Part shown: in pieces, positions 9,615-19,479 of the stretch
Position numbering within the stretch: the stretch's first letter is position 1
Layout of the letters: each line of letters opens with the position of its first letter
NCBI GenBank assembly: GCA_038087875.1
Contig: JAXLNO010005746.1
Coordinates: 62,001-109,797, forward strand
Direction of reading: 5' to 3'
Length of the DNA stretch: 47,797 nt
Origin: Malacoraja senta
Taxonomy: Eukaryota
Position numbers and translations under genes: made by a program
Notes under the pieces: model-generated
Database searches by the model: none
What the model saw: only the letters and a program-made list of their open reading frames with translations
What the model was told of the DNA's origin: nothing

Positions 9615-12600
9615 GTAAATCGTTGTTTTACAAAATGCTCTGTTCTTTAGAATTATTTACCAGCGCCTTGAATTATTTGTAACCGAGGACTTCTCTGTAC
9701 TGTGTGGGGAGCTGATGATCAATTGCTTAACACTCGTTAGTTCCTGTAGAGACTTCCATCAGCGGCTGTTGTCGTGTTGTGTGCAGCCAAATCGCACACA
9801 GCTAGCTCCCTGTGGAGAAGGGAGATAACCATCTAGAGCTTGCCTGGCCTTGTGGACCTCATTGAAACTTACCGAATAATGAAGTTTAATGTTTAATACC
9901 GAATAATGAAGGCCTGGATAGAGTGGATGGGATGAGGATGTTTCCATTAATGGGAGAGTCTAGGACCAGAGGCCGCAGCCTGAGAATTAAAGTCCGCAGC
10001 TGGCCCTGTTGATCTTGGGTGTAGGGGTAACTCTTGGCCCCAGAACAGATAGTTTGCTCCACTATTCTGGTGCAAACTATCTACAGGTGAACTTTCTCAG
10101 TGACTTGAGAGAGCAGACAGCAGATCAGCTAAATGCCTCGGCAAAGTGACATCACCTCCAGCAGTGGTGATTCCCCTCAGTACCGCACTCCCTCTGTCCT
10201 CGAGCTTCGGGAGTGGGAGTTGAACCAACGACTCTCTGACTTTTGGTGTGGTTCAGTTAGCCTGGGACAGAAGTTCTCCTCTTCTACCCGACGAGAATTC
10301 TGCAACACCCTCCCTCGCTGTTCCCCCTCTGTGATTCCTCCTGCTCTCCGGCTCTGCGATCTACATTTCCTTATCACCATCTGCTTTGTTCTGTCGTTTT
10401 CACGCCTTACCTCTTGCATATCTCTTGACTTCCTCCACCCCCCGACACTCGGTCTGAAGAAGGGTCTCGACCCAAAACGTCACCCATTCCTTCTCTCCAT
10501 AGATGCCGCCTGACCCGCTGCGTTACTCCAGCATTTAGTGTCTATCAAAGACACACGGCACTCCCTCCACGCACTGCAATGGGAAATGTTGAACCTAAAC
10601 CTTAGCATATTCAAAGAAAAAACCTGTGAAAGCCAGCCGATGGGAACAGGCGGGCATCTCAAATGAGGAAGCACCAGAGTGACTGTCCAATTTAGCATTT
10701 GGAGAAGTTGTGGTAATCTCTCTGTAAAGACTGTCCAAACACATGGTGTCTTCACTCTAGTTTATTGCATACATTGTATTCGTATACACACATATTGCCC
10801 TAGCTGTTCGTGGTCCGTTACCGGAGCTAGAGAGCGAGCTAGGGGTGGGAAGGTTACATTTATACTGAAGCTAATGGGGAGTGGTTAGTAGAAGTGAGGT
10901 CACCATGTTAAAGGAACATGCACGGCTCTACATCTCCACTCTGAGAAAAGCCAGCTTCCTTACAACAGACTCTGCTGCTCGAGCTGTTCTTCACACCGTG
11001 CTTTCCCCAGCCTCTGAGTTCGGACCTGGACTGATCTGATGATGTGTCTCCACCCCAGCTCCTGAATCTGCAGAGTTTCACATGTGTTAGAGTCATAGTG
11101 ATACAGTGTGGAAACAGGCCCTTCGGCCCAACTTACCCACACCGGCCAACATGTCTCAGTAACACCTGTCCCACCTGTTTACGTTTGGTACATGTCCCTT
11201 CAAACCTGTCCTATCCATGTACCTGTCCAACTGTTTCTTAAATGATGGGATAGTCCTTGCCTCAACTATTTCCTCTGGCAGCTTGATCCATACACCGACC
11301 AGACTTTGTGTGAAAAAGACACCTCATGATTATTCCAGGTGGACGTGGAGTTTGAAACATCAGTGGCAGATCCAGCTTCCACCTCAGGCCGGGAAGTTTA
11401 GTTCAATGGGGCACAAAGTGCTGGCGTAACTCAGTAGGTCAGGCAGTATCTCATGGTCTTGACTTGAAACGTCACCTATCCATGTTCTCCACAGATGCTG
11501 CCTGACCTGCTGAGTCACCACTGGCTATTCAGCTTTAGTAAAACACAAAGTGCTGGAGTAACACTGCAGGTCAAGCTGCATCACTTGGTGACTTTCCTTT
11601 AGTGACTTTAGAGATACAGCACGGAAACAGGCCCTTTGGCCCACAAAGTCCACGCCGACCATCGATCACATGGCACAGTAACACTATCCTACACACGAGG
11701 AACAAATTACAATTTTAACATAAGCCAGTTAACCTACAAACCTGCATGTCTTTGGAGTGTGGGAGGAAACTGGAGAAAGCCCACGCTGTCACGGGGAGAA
11801 CGTACAAACTCCGTACAGACAGCACCCGAGGTTAGGATCAAACACGGGTCTCTGGCGCTGTAAGGCAGCAACTCTACCCCTGTGCCACTGTGCCACCATG
11901 TCTCTACCTGTAACATTACATATCCATGTTCTCCAGCGATGTTGCCTGACCTGCTGAGGCATCACAGGCAGCTGCCTATTCAGCTTTAGTAAAGCACAAA
12001 GTGCTGGAGTTCAAGTTCAAGTCCAAGTGAGTTTATTGTAATGTGTCCCTGATAGGACAATGAAATTCTTGCTTTGCTTCAGCACACAGAACATAGTAGG
12101 CATTTACTACAAAACAAATCAGTGTGTCCATATACCATACCATACCAGTAAGTCAGCAGGTCAGGCAGCATCTCTGGAGAACATGGATAGGTGACGTTTA
12201 CGGTTGAGACCTGAATAAGGGGTAGGCCATTTTGGACTCAAATGAGGAAAAACCTTTTCACCCAGAGAATTCCACTTTCTCCAGAGATAGTTCCTGACCC
12301 GTTGAGTTACTCCAGCACTTTGTGTCCTTTTGAGTATTAACCAGCATCTGCAGTTCCTTGTTTCTACTTGTTCAATGGGGAAGTGGGTTGTAGTGAGATT
12401 GAACACAGGGTGGGTCAGAGTGAGTGACAGGTTTGGCTTCCTGTCACATGACCACCACTCAGGTCAAGCCACGCCCACAGGGAAGGATGATCCGGGCGCC
12501 AGGTAGATTCAGAAGCACTTCTGCTTTCACTGGAACTTGGGGAACAATCCCGGTGAAATGGGAATTAACACCTGCGGGAAAAGCATTAAAGTGCAACAGG

Positions 12601-15600
12601 TTCTATGCAAAAGAAGAGAGACACAAAATGCTGGAGTAACTCAGCGGGACGGGCAGCATCTCTGGAGAGAAGGAATGGGTGAGGGAACATCACCTGTCGG
12701 TTTCTCCAGAGATGCTGGCTGCCCCGCTGAGTTACTCCAGCTCTTTGTGTCTATCTTTGGTGTAAACCAGCACCTGCAGTCCCTTGCTGCACATGATCTA
12801 TGCGAAACCATGAACCTGTCTGAACAGCACAAATGACATGTTTTTTATTGTTAAACCTCAGCTTGTGTTGCTGCAGTGTGAGTGATCTTTCATCATTAAT
12901 GTGCCCACAGGGTCATGGGGAATAACTGGACCCGAGGAGGTGAGGGGAGAGTTGGGGCAGTCGGTCACTGTGGAATGTCCATATGATCAGGAATACAGTG
13001 ACAACAGGAAGCTATGGAGTAAAGGTGATGATTACTGGAAATCATCTACCGTGGTTTCTACTGATCACCCACGACAAGGGGGAACATCGATGACTGATAA
13101 CAAAACAGAACAGATACTTTCAGTAACCATCAACAACCTGGAGAAGAGTGATGAAGGACGCTACTGGTGTGTGATAGGAAATGGAATATTGTCATTCAAT
13201 GAAAAGACCTCCATCTCATTGAAGGTTTCTGAAGGTACGTTGACGATCTCTCCTCACTCCCCCAGATGTGAAAATTCCAGCCTGGGATTTCCCGGCCTCG
13301 GTCCTGACGGTGCCACATCCCCGGGGGTCCGTGGGGGGGGTGGAGTTTGGGGGGAGGTGAGGGGGGGTAGCGGGGACCCGCTGCATGGGGCCACACCAAG
13401 ATCCCACTGTCCCAGGAGCAGTGTGGGGGGTGGGGGGGATCTCATCAATGGGGACCGGCGGTCCTGCTGCTGACGGTTCATTTCCCCAAACACGATCTCT
13501 CCGGGACCAGAACCTCTGGTGCCCCCTCACTGGAGCAGGGGGGGTGGAACCACCCCCTCACCCTCTCCCCCTTCCCGTCAATGTCACACCCACCACACAC
13601 ACAACATCTGAAGAAGGGTCCCAAGCCTATACATCGTCTATTCATTCCATCCACAGATGCTGCCTGACTTGCTGAGTTACTCCAGCACTTTGTGTATTGC
13701 TCAAGATTCCAACACCTGCAATTCCTTGTGTCTCACAAACTATGGTGATTCATGAGCTCAGTTTATTGTTGTCGCCTGTACTGAGGTACAGGGAAAAGCT
13801 TTTACCATGTTTCCAATGAGGGCCAAGTCATTGGGTATTTTAAGTGGAGATTGACATGTTCTTGATTAGTACGCATGTCAAGCGATATGAGGAGAAGGCA
13901 GGAGAATGGGGTTGAGAGGGAGAGATAGATCAGCCATGATTAAATGGCGGAGTAGACTCAATGGACCAAATGGCCTAATTTTGCCCCTATTATTTATGAA
14001 CTTATGAACTAAGAATCCGCATGATGTGAGTGATATAGACTTTACACTGAGCCACACAAACTGTACAAGATGAAATACTCAACGGGTCGGGCAGCATTTA
14101 TGGAGAGAGACGAGACTTAATGTTTCAGGTAGATACCTCCAACCAAATTGCATTATTTTCAATTCAGTCCACGTAATGAAAATAGTCCATGGATCCTCCC
14201 ACTCCCAAGTTCTTCTCCAACGTAGAAGACACTTGCCTAACTCCAGCAGCAGGCAGATAACACAGCCTGTGGGACTCTGAAGGGCATGAAAGAAGTCAAT
14301 GAATGCTTGCGACCATCCGGTGGCATCTTAATGGGTGAGCCTCCTGTCTAGATCAAGAGGCTTGGTCCATCTATGGTGGCCTCAGAAGGATCTTTGCCCA
14401 AATGTGTGGAGTCGGATTTGAACCCAGGAATCTCCCCACACAGAGCAAGAGCGTTCCCAACTGAGGCATCTCCCACACCTCACTAAAGAGGCACAGGACG
14501 TGCTCTCAGACATTGAATGTTCAAAAACTTCATTCACTTTATCTCCACAAGGGTCTCAAACAAGCCGCCCAGATATGATCATCACCACCGAGGCAGCAAG
14601 TTCCACTGAGTCTCTTGGTTCAACACCTCCAAACAGGTTAGTAACTCGAAGAGCCAACTCAGCCTCACCTGAGAACAAATTAGTTAAGTTCAGTTCAGCT
14701 CAGTTAAAAGATACAGCGTGGAAATGGACCCTTTGGCCCACCGAGTCCGCTCTGATCAGCGATCACCCCATACACTAGTTCTGTTCTACATACTAGGGGC
14801 AATTTACTACAAACCGGCATGTCTTTGGAATGTGGGAGGATACTGGAGAACCCAGAGTAAACTCTTGTGATCACAGGGAGAACATACAAACTATGTACTG
14901 ACAGCACCAGTAGTCCGGTAGGATCGTATCCTATTGTTAGTAAAATCATGCCCAGTACTTTGAGAAAGCGTGGCTGATCACATTCCAGTCCATTGATAAA
15001 TAGTCATTGGCCTTGATTAAAGTCCCTCTGTCCTTAGTACACCCAGTGGCCCTACCATTGTGAATGTCTACCCTTATTTGATGCCAAAAACAAATAACTT
15101 CACACTTATCATGGTTCAATACCGGCTGGCATTGCTCTGCCCAACATACCAGTTGCTTCTTATCCCTCTGTGGTCTATGATTATCGTACTATCCAAAATG
15201 CTACAATTTTGGTGTAATCTGTAAACACGTTAATCATACTTCCAACAATAACATCTAAGGCCGGCAGATGGGAATAGTGTCGATAAGGACATCTTGGTCG
15301 GCGTGGGGAAATTAGGTCCAAGGACATGTTTTCATGCTCTATGTCTGACCACCAACATGAACATCTAAGTTGTCAATGTATGTAGTCATGGAACACCTCC
15401 AAGGAATGGGTGCATGTTGCGATATAAACATCTTACCAATGTCTACGCCACAACCTTGGATCACACTGAATGATTCCGTGTGCAATATGATGGAAATAAT
15501 CTCCCAGCGTTGATCTTTGATAACTCTGTGTGGAAGTAATAATATTTCCTTGGATTTCCAGGGACATCGTGTTGAATGTTCGCCGTGTTTGGGGTGTGTC

Positions 15601-18600
15601 ACGCTGGGTACTCTTTGGAGTTCTGCTTCTCTTCCCGGTTTCCATCAGCTGTGTGACAACTTTTAAAAGGTAAAAGTTTGTAATCTCTTCACTCTGGTGA
15701 TGACATTAAATTCAATTGGAAATGATGGGAATTTACTTTAGAATTCTGGAGATAAAGTGTGGACATACAGTGCCCTCCATAATGTTTTGGACAAAGACCC
15801 TTCATTTATTTATTTGCCTCTGTATTCCACAATTTGAGATTTGTAATAGAAAAAAATCACATGTGGTGAAAGTGCACATGGACAGATTTTATTAAAGGGT
15901 ATTTTTATACATTTTGGTTTCACCATGTAGAGATTACAGCTGTGTTTATACACAGTCCCCCCATTTCAGGGCACCATAATGTTTTGGACTCATTGCTTCA
16001 CAGGTGTTTGTAATTGCTCAGGTGTGTTTAATTGCCTCCTCAATGCAGGGATAAGAAAGCTCTCAGCACCTAGTCTTTCCTCCAGTCTTTCCATCACATT
16101 TGGAAACTTTTATTGCTGTTTATCAACATGAGGACCAAAGTTGTGCCAATGAAAGTCAAAGAAGCCATTCTGAGACTGAGAAACAAGAATAAAACTGTTA
16201 GAAACATCAGCCAAACATTAGGCTTACCAAAATCAACTGTTTGGAACATCATTAAGAAGAAAGAGAGCACTGGTGAGCTTACTAATCGCAAAGGGAATGG
16301 CAGGCCAAGGAAAACATCAGGCCAAGATGACAAAAGAATTATCTCTATAAAAAAAAAAACCCCAAACACCTGTCCGACAGATCAGAAACACTCTTCAGGA
16401 GTCAGGCGTGGATTTGTCAATGACCACTGTCTGCAAAAGATTTCATGAACATAAATACGGAGGCTACACTGCAAGATGCAAACCACTGGTTAGCCGCAAA
16501 AGTAGGATGGCCGGCTTACAGTTTGCGAAGAAGTACTTAAAAGAGCAACCACAGTGCTGGAAAAAGGTCTTGTGGACAGATGAGATGTACAGGGTCTTGG
16601 TGAGACCACACCTGGAGTATTGCGTACAGTTTTGGTCTCCAAATCTGAGGAAGGACATTATAGCCATAGAGGGAGTGCAGAGAAGGTTTACCAGACTGAT
16701 TCCTGGGATGTCAGGACTTTCATATGAAGAAAGACTGGATAGACTTGGCTTATACTCGCTAGAATTTAGGAGATTGAGAGGGGATCTTATAGAAACGTAC
16801 AAAATTCTTATGGGGTTGGACAGGCTAGATGCAGGAAGATTGTTCCCGATGTTGGGGAAGTCCAGGACAAGGGGTCACAGCTTAAGGATAAGGGGGAAAT
16901 CCTTTAAGACCGAGATGAGGAAAAACTTTTTCACACAGAGAGTGGTGAATCTCTGGAACTCTCTGCCAAAGAGGGTAGTTGAGGCCAGTTCATTGGCTAT
17001 ATTTAAGAGGGAGTTAGATGTGGCCCTTGTGGCTAAGGGGATCAGGGGGTATGGAGAGAAGGCAGGTAACGGGATACTGAGTTGGATGATCAGCCATGAT
17101 CATATTGAATGGCGGTGCAGGCTCGAAGGGCCAAATGGCCTACTCCTGCACCTATTTTCTATGTATCTATGTACCTATGTAAGATTAACATATCAGAGTA
17201 ATGGCAAGAGCAAAGTATGGAGGAGGGAAGGAACTGCCCAAGATCTAAAGTATACCACCTCATCTGTGAAACACGGTGGTGGCGGTGTTATGTCCTGGGC
17301 ATGTATGGCTGCTGAAGGTACTGACCCATTTATCTTCCTTGGTAATGCAACTGCTGATGGTAGTAGCATAATGAATTCTGACATGTATAGAGACATCCTA
17401 TCTGCTAGAGGTTGACGGTTCATTCTACAGCAAGACAATGATTCCAAACATATTGCAAAAACAACAAAGGAATTTTTCAAAGCTAAAAAATGGTCAATTC
17501 TTGAGTGGCCAAGTCATTCTGAACCCAATTGAGCATGCCTTTTATATGCTGAAGAGAAAACCGAAGGTGACTCGCCCCCAAAACAAGCATAAGCTAAAGA
17601 TGGCTGCAATACAGGCCTGGCAGAGCATCACCAGAGAAGACACCCAGCAACTGGTGATGTCCATGAATCTCAGACTTCAGGCATTCATTCCATGCAAAGG
17701 ATATGCAACAAAATACTAAACATGACTACTTTCATTTACATGACATTGTTGTGTCCCAAACATTATGGTGCCCTGAACTGGACTATGTATAATCACTGCT
17801 GTAATTTCTACCTGGTGAAATCAAAATGTATAAAAATCTGAAAATGTGCACTTTAACATATGTGATTTTTTTTTCTATTACTATTCTCAAATTGTGGAGT
17901 ACAGAGGCAAATAAATAAATGATGGGTCTTTGTCCCAAACATTATGGAGGGCACTGTAGGCCCTACAGCCAACCAAATCCGCGCTGACCAATGATCACCC
18001 CGTACACTCGCACTATCCTACACATGAGGGACAATTTACAATTATACAGAAGCCAATTAACCTACAAAACTACACGTCTTTGGATTGTGGGAGGAAACCG
18101 GAGCACCCGGATAAAACCCACGCTGCCTTACAGCGCCAAACCCGGGTCTCTGGCGCTGTAAGGCAGTAACTCTACCGCTGCGCCACTGTGCCGCCCTGGG
18201 TCATTTCCTCGGGTAAAATTTGATGGTAGAGATTATAAACTGCGTTTTAATTGTTATTCAAGGAAAAAAACAGCCGAGATGTTGGAGATGGGGTCGGCAG
18301 CGGTGGAGGGAGGAGAAGAACAGTGCCGGTGAGCTGGCTGGGAGACGGCGTGGGAGGTGAGGGGAAAAGGGTGCGTTGGTTGGTCGAGGTGTGGGCGGAG
18401 TGCGAGTGGGCTGCTGGAGGCCCTGCAGCAGCCGGTGGATCGGGTGCCGCTGGAGGCCCCACAGAGGTCGGGGACGAGCGTGCGGAGCGGACACGTCCTG
18501 CAGCGGCACGGAGCGGCGGTGGAGGCACCAACAACATCGCCAGGCCAGGCCGACCCCTGCAACTCCCACCCAGTGCAGTCCCCACGACAACGAGACTTTA

Positions 18601-19079
18601 AGCCCAAAATATGACAATACTTTTTTATCAATTTGATGTTTAAGAATATAAGATACTGCCAGAAATGTGGCAACTCTAGTGTACTGTATCATATAATCTG
18701 CTATTAATACAATCTTGTTCTTAGCTTCAGCTGTGCTTATATAAAGTAAGATTTGTACTGAATTCTATGCAAAAGAAATTTCACTGTACCCATGTGCATG
18801 AGACAATCAAGTACCATTGAACCATTGAGCAATGGGGATATAAAAATGGTTACATGATTACAAGTATTGAACTTGGACACGCGTTAGAACAATAAGATAA
18901 AAATTAAGGGTAATCGTTATATCAATATTGTTGTTCTGATGGAATGACGTCCAATAATCATCGTTTAGCTTTTCAGGGCCAAAGAGGGTGTTCACCAGTT
19001 GCAGATGGACAAATCTCATCACCTTGACCCTACAGCATCACCACACCCCACCTATGTCCAATCTAACTTGACCACTTGA
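9518..19079 (+). CDS. Single-IgV immune receptor, CD300/pIgR/MDIR-like, putative activating type; 5-exon model join(9518-9614,12911-13234,14552-14636,15562-15669,18977-19079), 238 aa
   Basis: All introns are GT-AG with compatible phases (1,1,2,2). Exon lengths 97+324+85+108+103=717 nt give an open frame ending in TGA. Domain order is signal peptide, V-set Ig, S/T/P stalk, TM, short tail. Family is assigned from the GPEEV..G.SVTV.C / W.KG / D.G.YWC pattern; exact orthologue not determined. Confidence 0.8.
10125..10290 (-). mobile_element. Degenerate tRNA-derived SINE (possibly Deu/SacSINE-like); related fragment ~5060-5135
   Basis: gagtgggagttgaacc..ctctgact is a reverse B-box context shared by both fragments. 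Confidence 0.4.
11088..11310 (-). mobile_element. CR1 3' tail fragment in intron 1
   Basis: gtcatagtgatacagtgtggaaacaggcccttcggccc... matches the 1578-2100 family. Confidence 0.75.
12911..13234 (+). CDS. Exon 2, V-set immunoglobulin domain (CD300/pIgR-like)
   Basis: Acceptor cccacag|GG, donor GAAG|GTACGT, 324 nt. Encodes GSWGITGPEEVRGELGQSVTVECPY...KLWSKG...DNKT...LEKSDEGRYWC...SLKVSE with B-strand Cys, C-strand Trp and D-x-G-x-Y-x-C. Confidence 0.92.
13810..14010 (+). mobile_element. CR1 3' tail fragment in intron 2
   Basis: gaggccaagtcattgggtatt...gatcagccatgatt...ttatgaacttatgaac. Confidence 0.75.
14330..14474 (-). mobile_element. Degenerate tRNA-derived SINE in intron 2
   Basis: The reverse complement shows an A-box-like TGCCTCAGTTGG and a B-box GGTTCAAATCC. 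Confidence 0.5.
14552..14636 (+). CDS. Exon 3, Ser/Thr/Pro-rich stalk (GSQTSRPDMIITTEAASSTESLGSTPPN-R)
   Basis: Acceptor cactttatctccacaag|, donor AACAG|GTTAGT, phase 1 to 2, open frame. Confidence 0.75.
14940..15530 (-). mobile_element. Old, degenerate CR1 RT fragments in intron 3, interrupted by a plus-strand CR1 tail (~15260-15345)
   Basis: Minus-strand TYIDNLDVHVGG resembles the CR1 RT motif IYINDLD. Confidence 0.45.
15562..15669 (+). CDS. Exon 4, transmembrane (DIVLNVRRVWGVSRWVLFGVLLLFPVSISCVTTFK-R)
   Basis: Acceptor tttccttggatttccag|, donor AAAAG|GTAAAA, phase 2 to 2, hydrophobic segment with N-terminal Arg. Confidence 0.8.
16128..17719 (+). pseudogene. Tc1 transposase, frameshifted and interrupted by CR1
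   Basis: Paired-like HTH, GRPRKT, WTDE, KHGGG, QQDND and NPIEH (DDE triad). Confidence 0.9.
16586..17180 (+). mobile_element. 5'-truncated CR1 inserted directly after the WTDE codons of the Tc1 transposase
   Basis: Encodes YRVLVRPHLEYCVQFW...; tail ctatgtatctatgtacctatgt. Transposase sequence resumes at aagattaac. Confidence 0.92.
18977..19079 (+). CDS. Exon 5, cytoplasmic tail (AKEGVHQLQMDKSHHLDPTASPHPTYVQSNLTT*)
   Basis: Acceptor gtttagcttttcag|G, open in the required phase 2, in non-TE sequence, followed by AATAAA about 400 nt downstream. Confidence 0.55.
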
Positions 19080-19310
19080 GGAGGAATTTCTTTAACCAGA
19101 GGGTGATGAATCTGTTGAAATTCATTGCCACAGATGGCTGTGGAGGCCAAGTCAATGGATATTTTTAAATTGGAGATTGACAGGTTTACTCAGGGTGACA
19201 AAAGTTGTGGGGAGAAGGCAGGAGAATGGGATGGAGGGGGAAAGATAGATCATCCATGATTGAATGGCGGAGTAGACTCGATGGAGAAAATGGCTGAATT
19301 CTGTACCTAT
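19077..19310 (+). mobile_element. CR1 3' fragment abutting or overlapping the receptor stop codon
   Basis: tgaggaggaatttctttaaccagagggtgatgaatctg...tgaatggcggagtagactcg matches the other CR1 tails in the window. Confidence 0.8.
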
Positions 19311-19473
19311 GTTTGCAGACACGTCTGTACATCCTGACATTCACCCAAAAGACAGCAGTACATAGACTAGAACTCAAAGCAGGCTCTCCAGAATGTGAAC
19401 TTTTAACTTTACTACCAATTGAATTGTTGTGTAAAACCCTGCACATTGAATAATGATTAAAATAATCCAATGT

Positions 19474-19479
19474 AATAAA
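19474..19479 (+). terminator. Putative polyadenylation signal AATAAA of the receptor gene
   Basis: First canonical AATAAA I saw after exon 5. The paralogous block at ~6095 reads AATGAA instead. Confidence 0.45.

Larger units (their letters stand above)
1..15439. repeat. Segmental/tandem duplication copy A (partner 32369-47797)
   Basis: Collinear near-identity with ORF offsets of 32366, then 32358-32359, across the block. Confidence 0.97.
15768..17956 (+). mobile_element. Tc1/mariner DNA transposon with ~210 bp IR/DR-type TIRs and TA target duplication, in intron 4
   Basis: TA|CAGTGCCCTCCATAATG ... CATTATGGAGGGCACTG|TA. CCATAATGTTT(T/G)GGAC is repeated at both ends of each TIR. Confidence 0.95.

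Noticed and set aside
9441-9650. ORF MTSVVNEEED... and antisense ORF 9157-9609
   Set aside because: Alternative frames overlapping the leader exon, with no independent coding signal.
12833-12910. Apparent leader exon just upstream of the V exon (MTCFLLLNLSLCCC or MFFIVKPQLVLLQ with a GTGAGT donor)
   Set aside because: The implied intron is only 33-35 nt, too short for vertebrate splicing, and it is not in frame unspliced. 9518-9614 is a much better leader.
12911-13260. Rearranging Ig/TCR V segment
   Set aside because: No heptamer/nonamer RSS follows the exon and the G strand is germline-encoded. The isolated CACAGTG at 787-793 has no nonamer at 12 or 23 spacing.
13235-13473. Gly/Pro-rich C-terminal extension of ORF 12901-13473
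   Set aside because: Read-through into intron 2 past a good phase-1 donor (GAAG|GTACGT). The frame is not preserved in copy B.
14404-14474. tRNA gene-like sequences (also the head of 8333-8633)
   Set aside because: Degenerate SINE heads with no complete cloverleaf, attached to SINE bodies.
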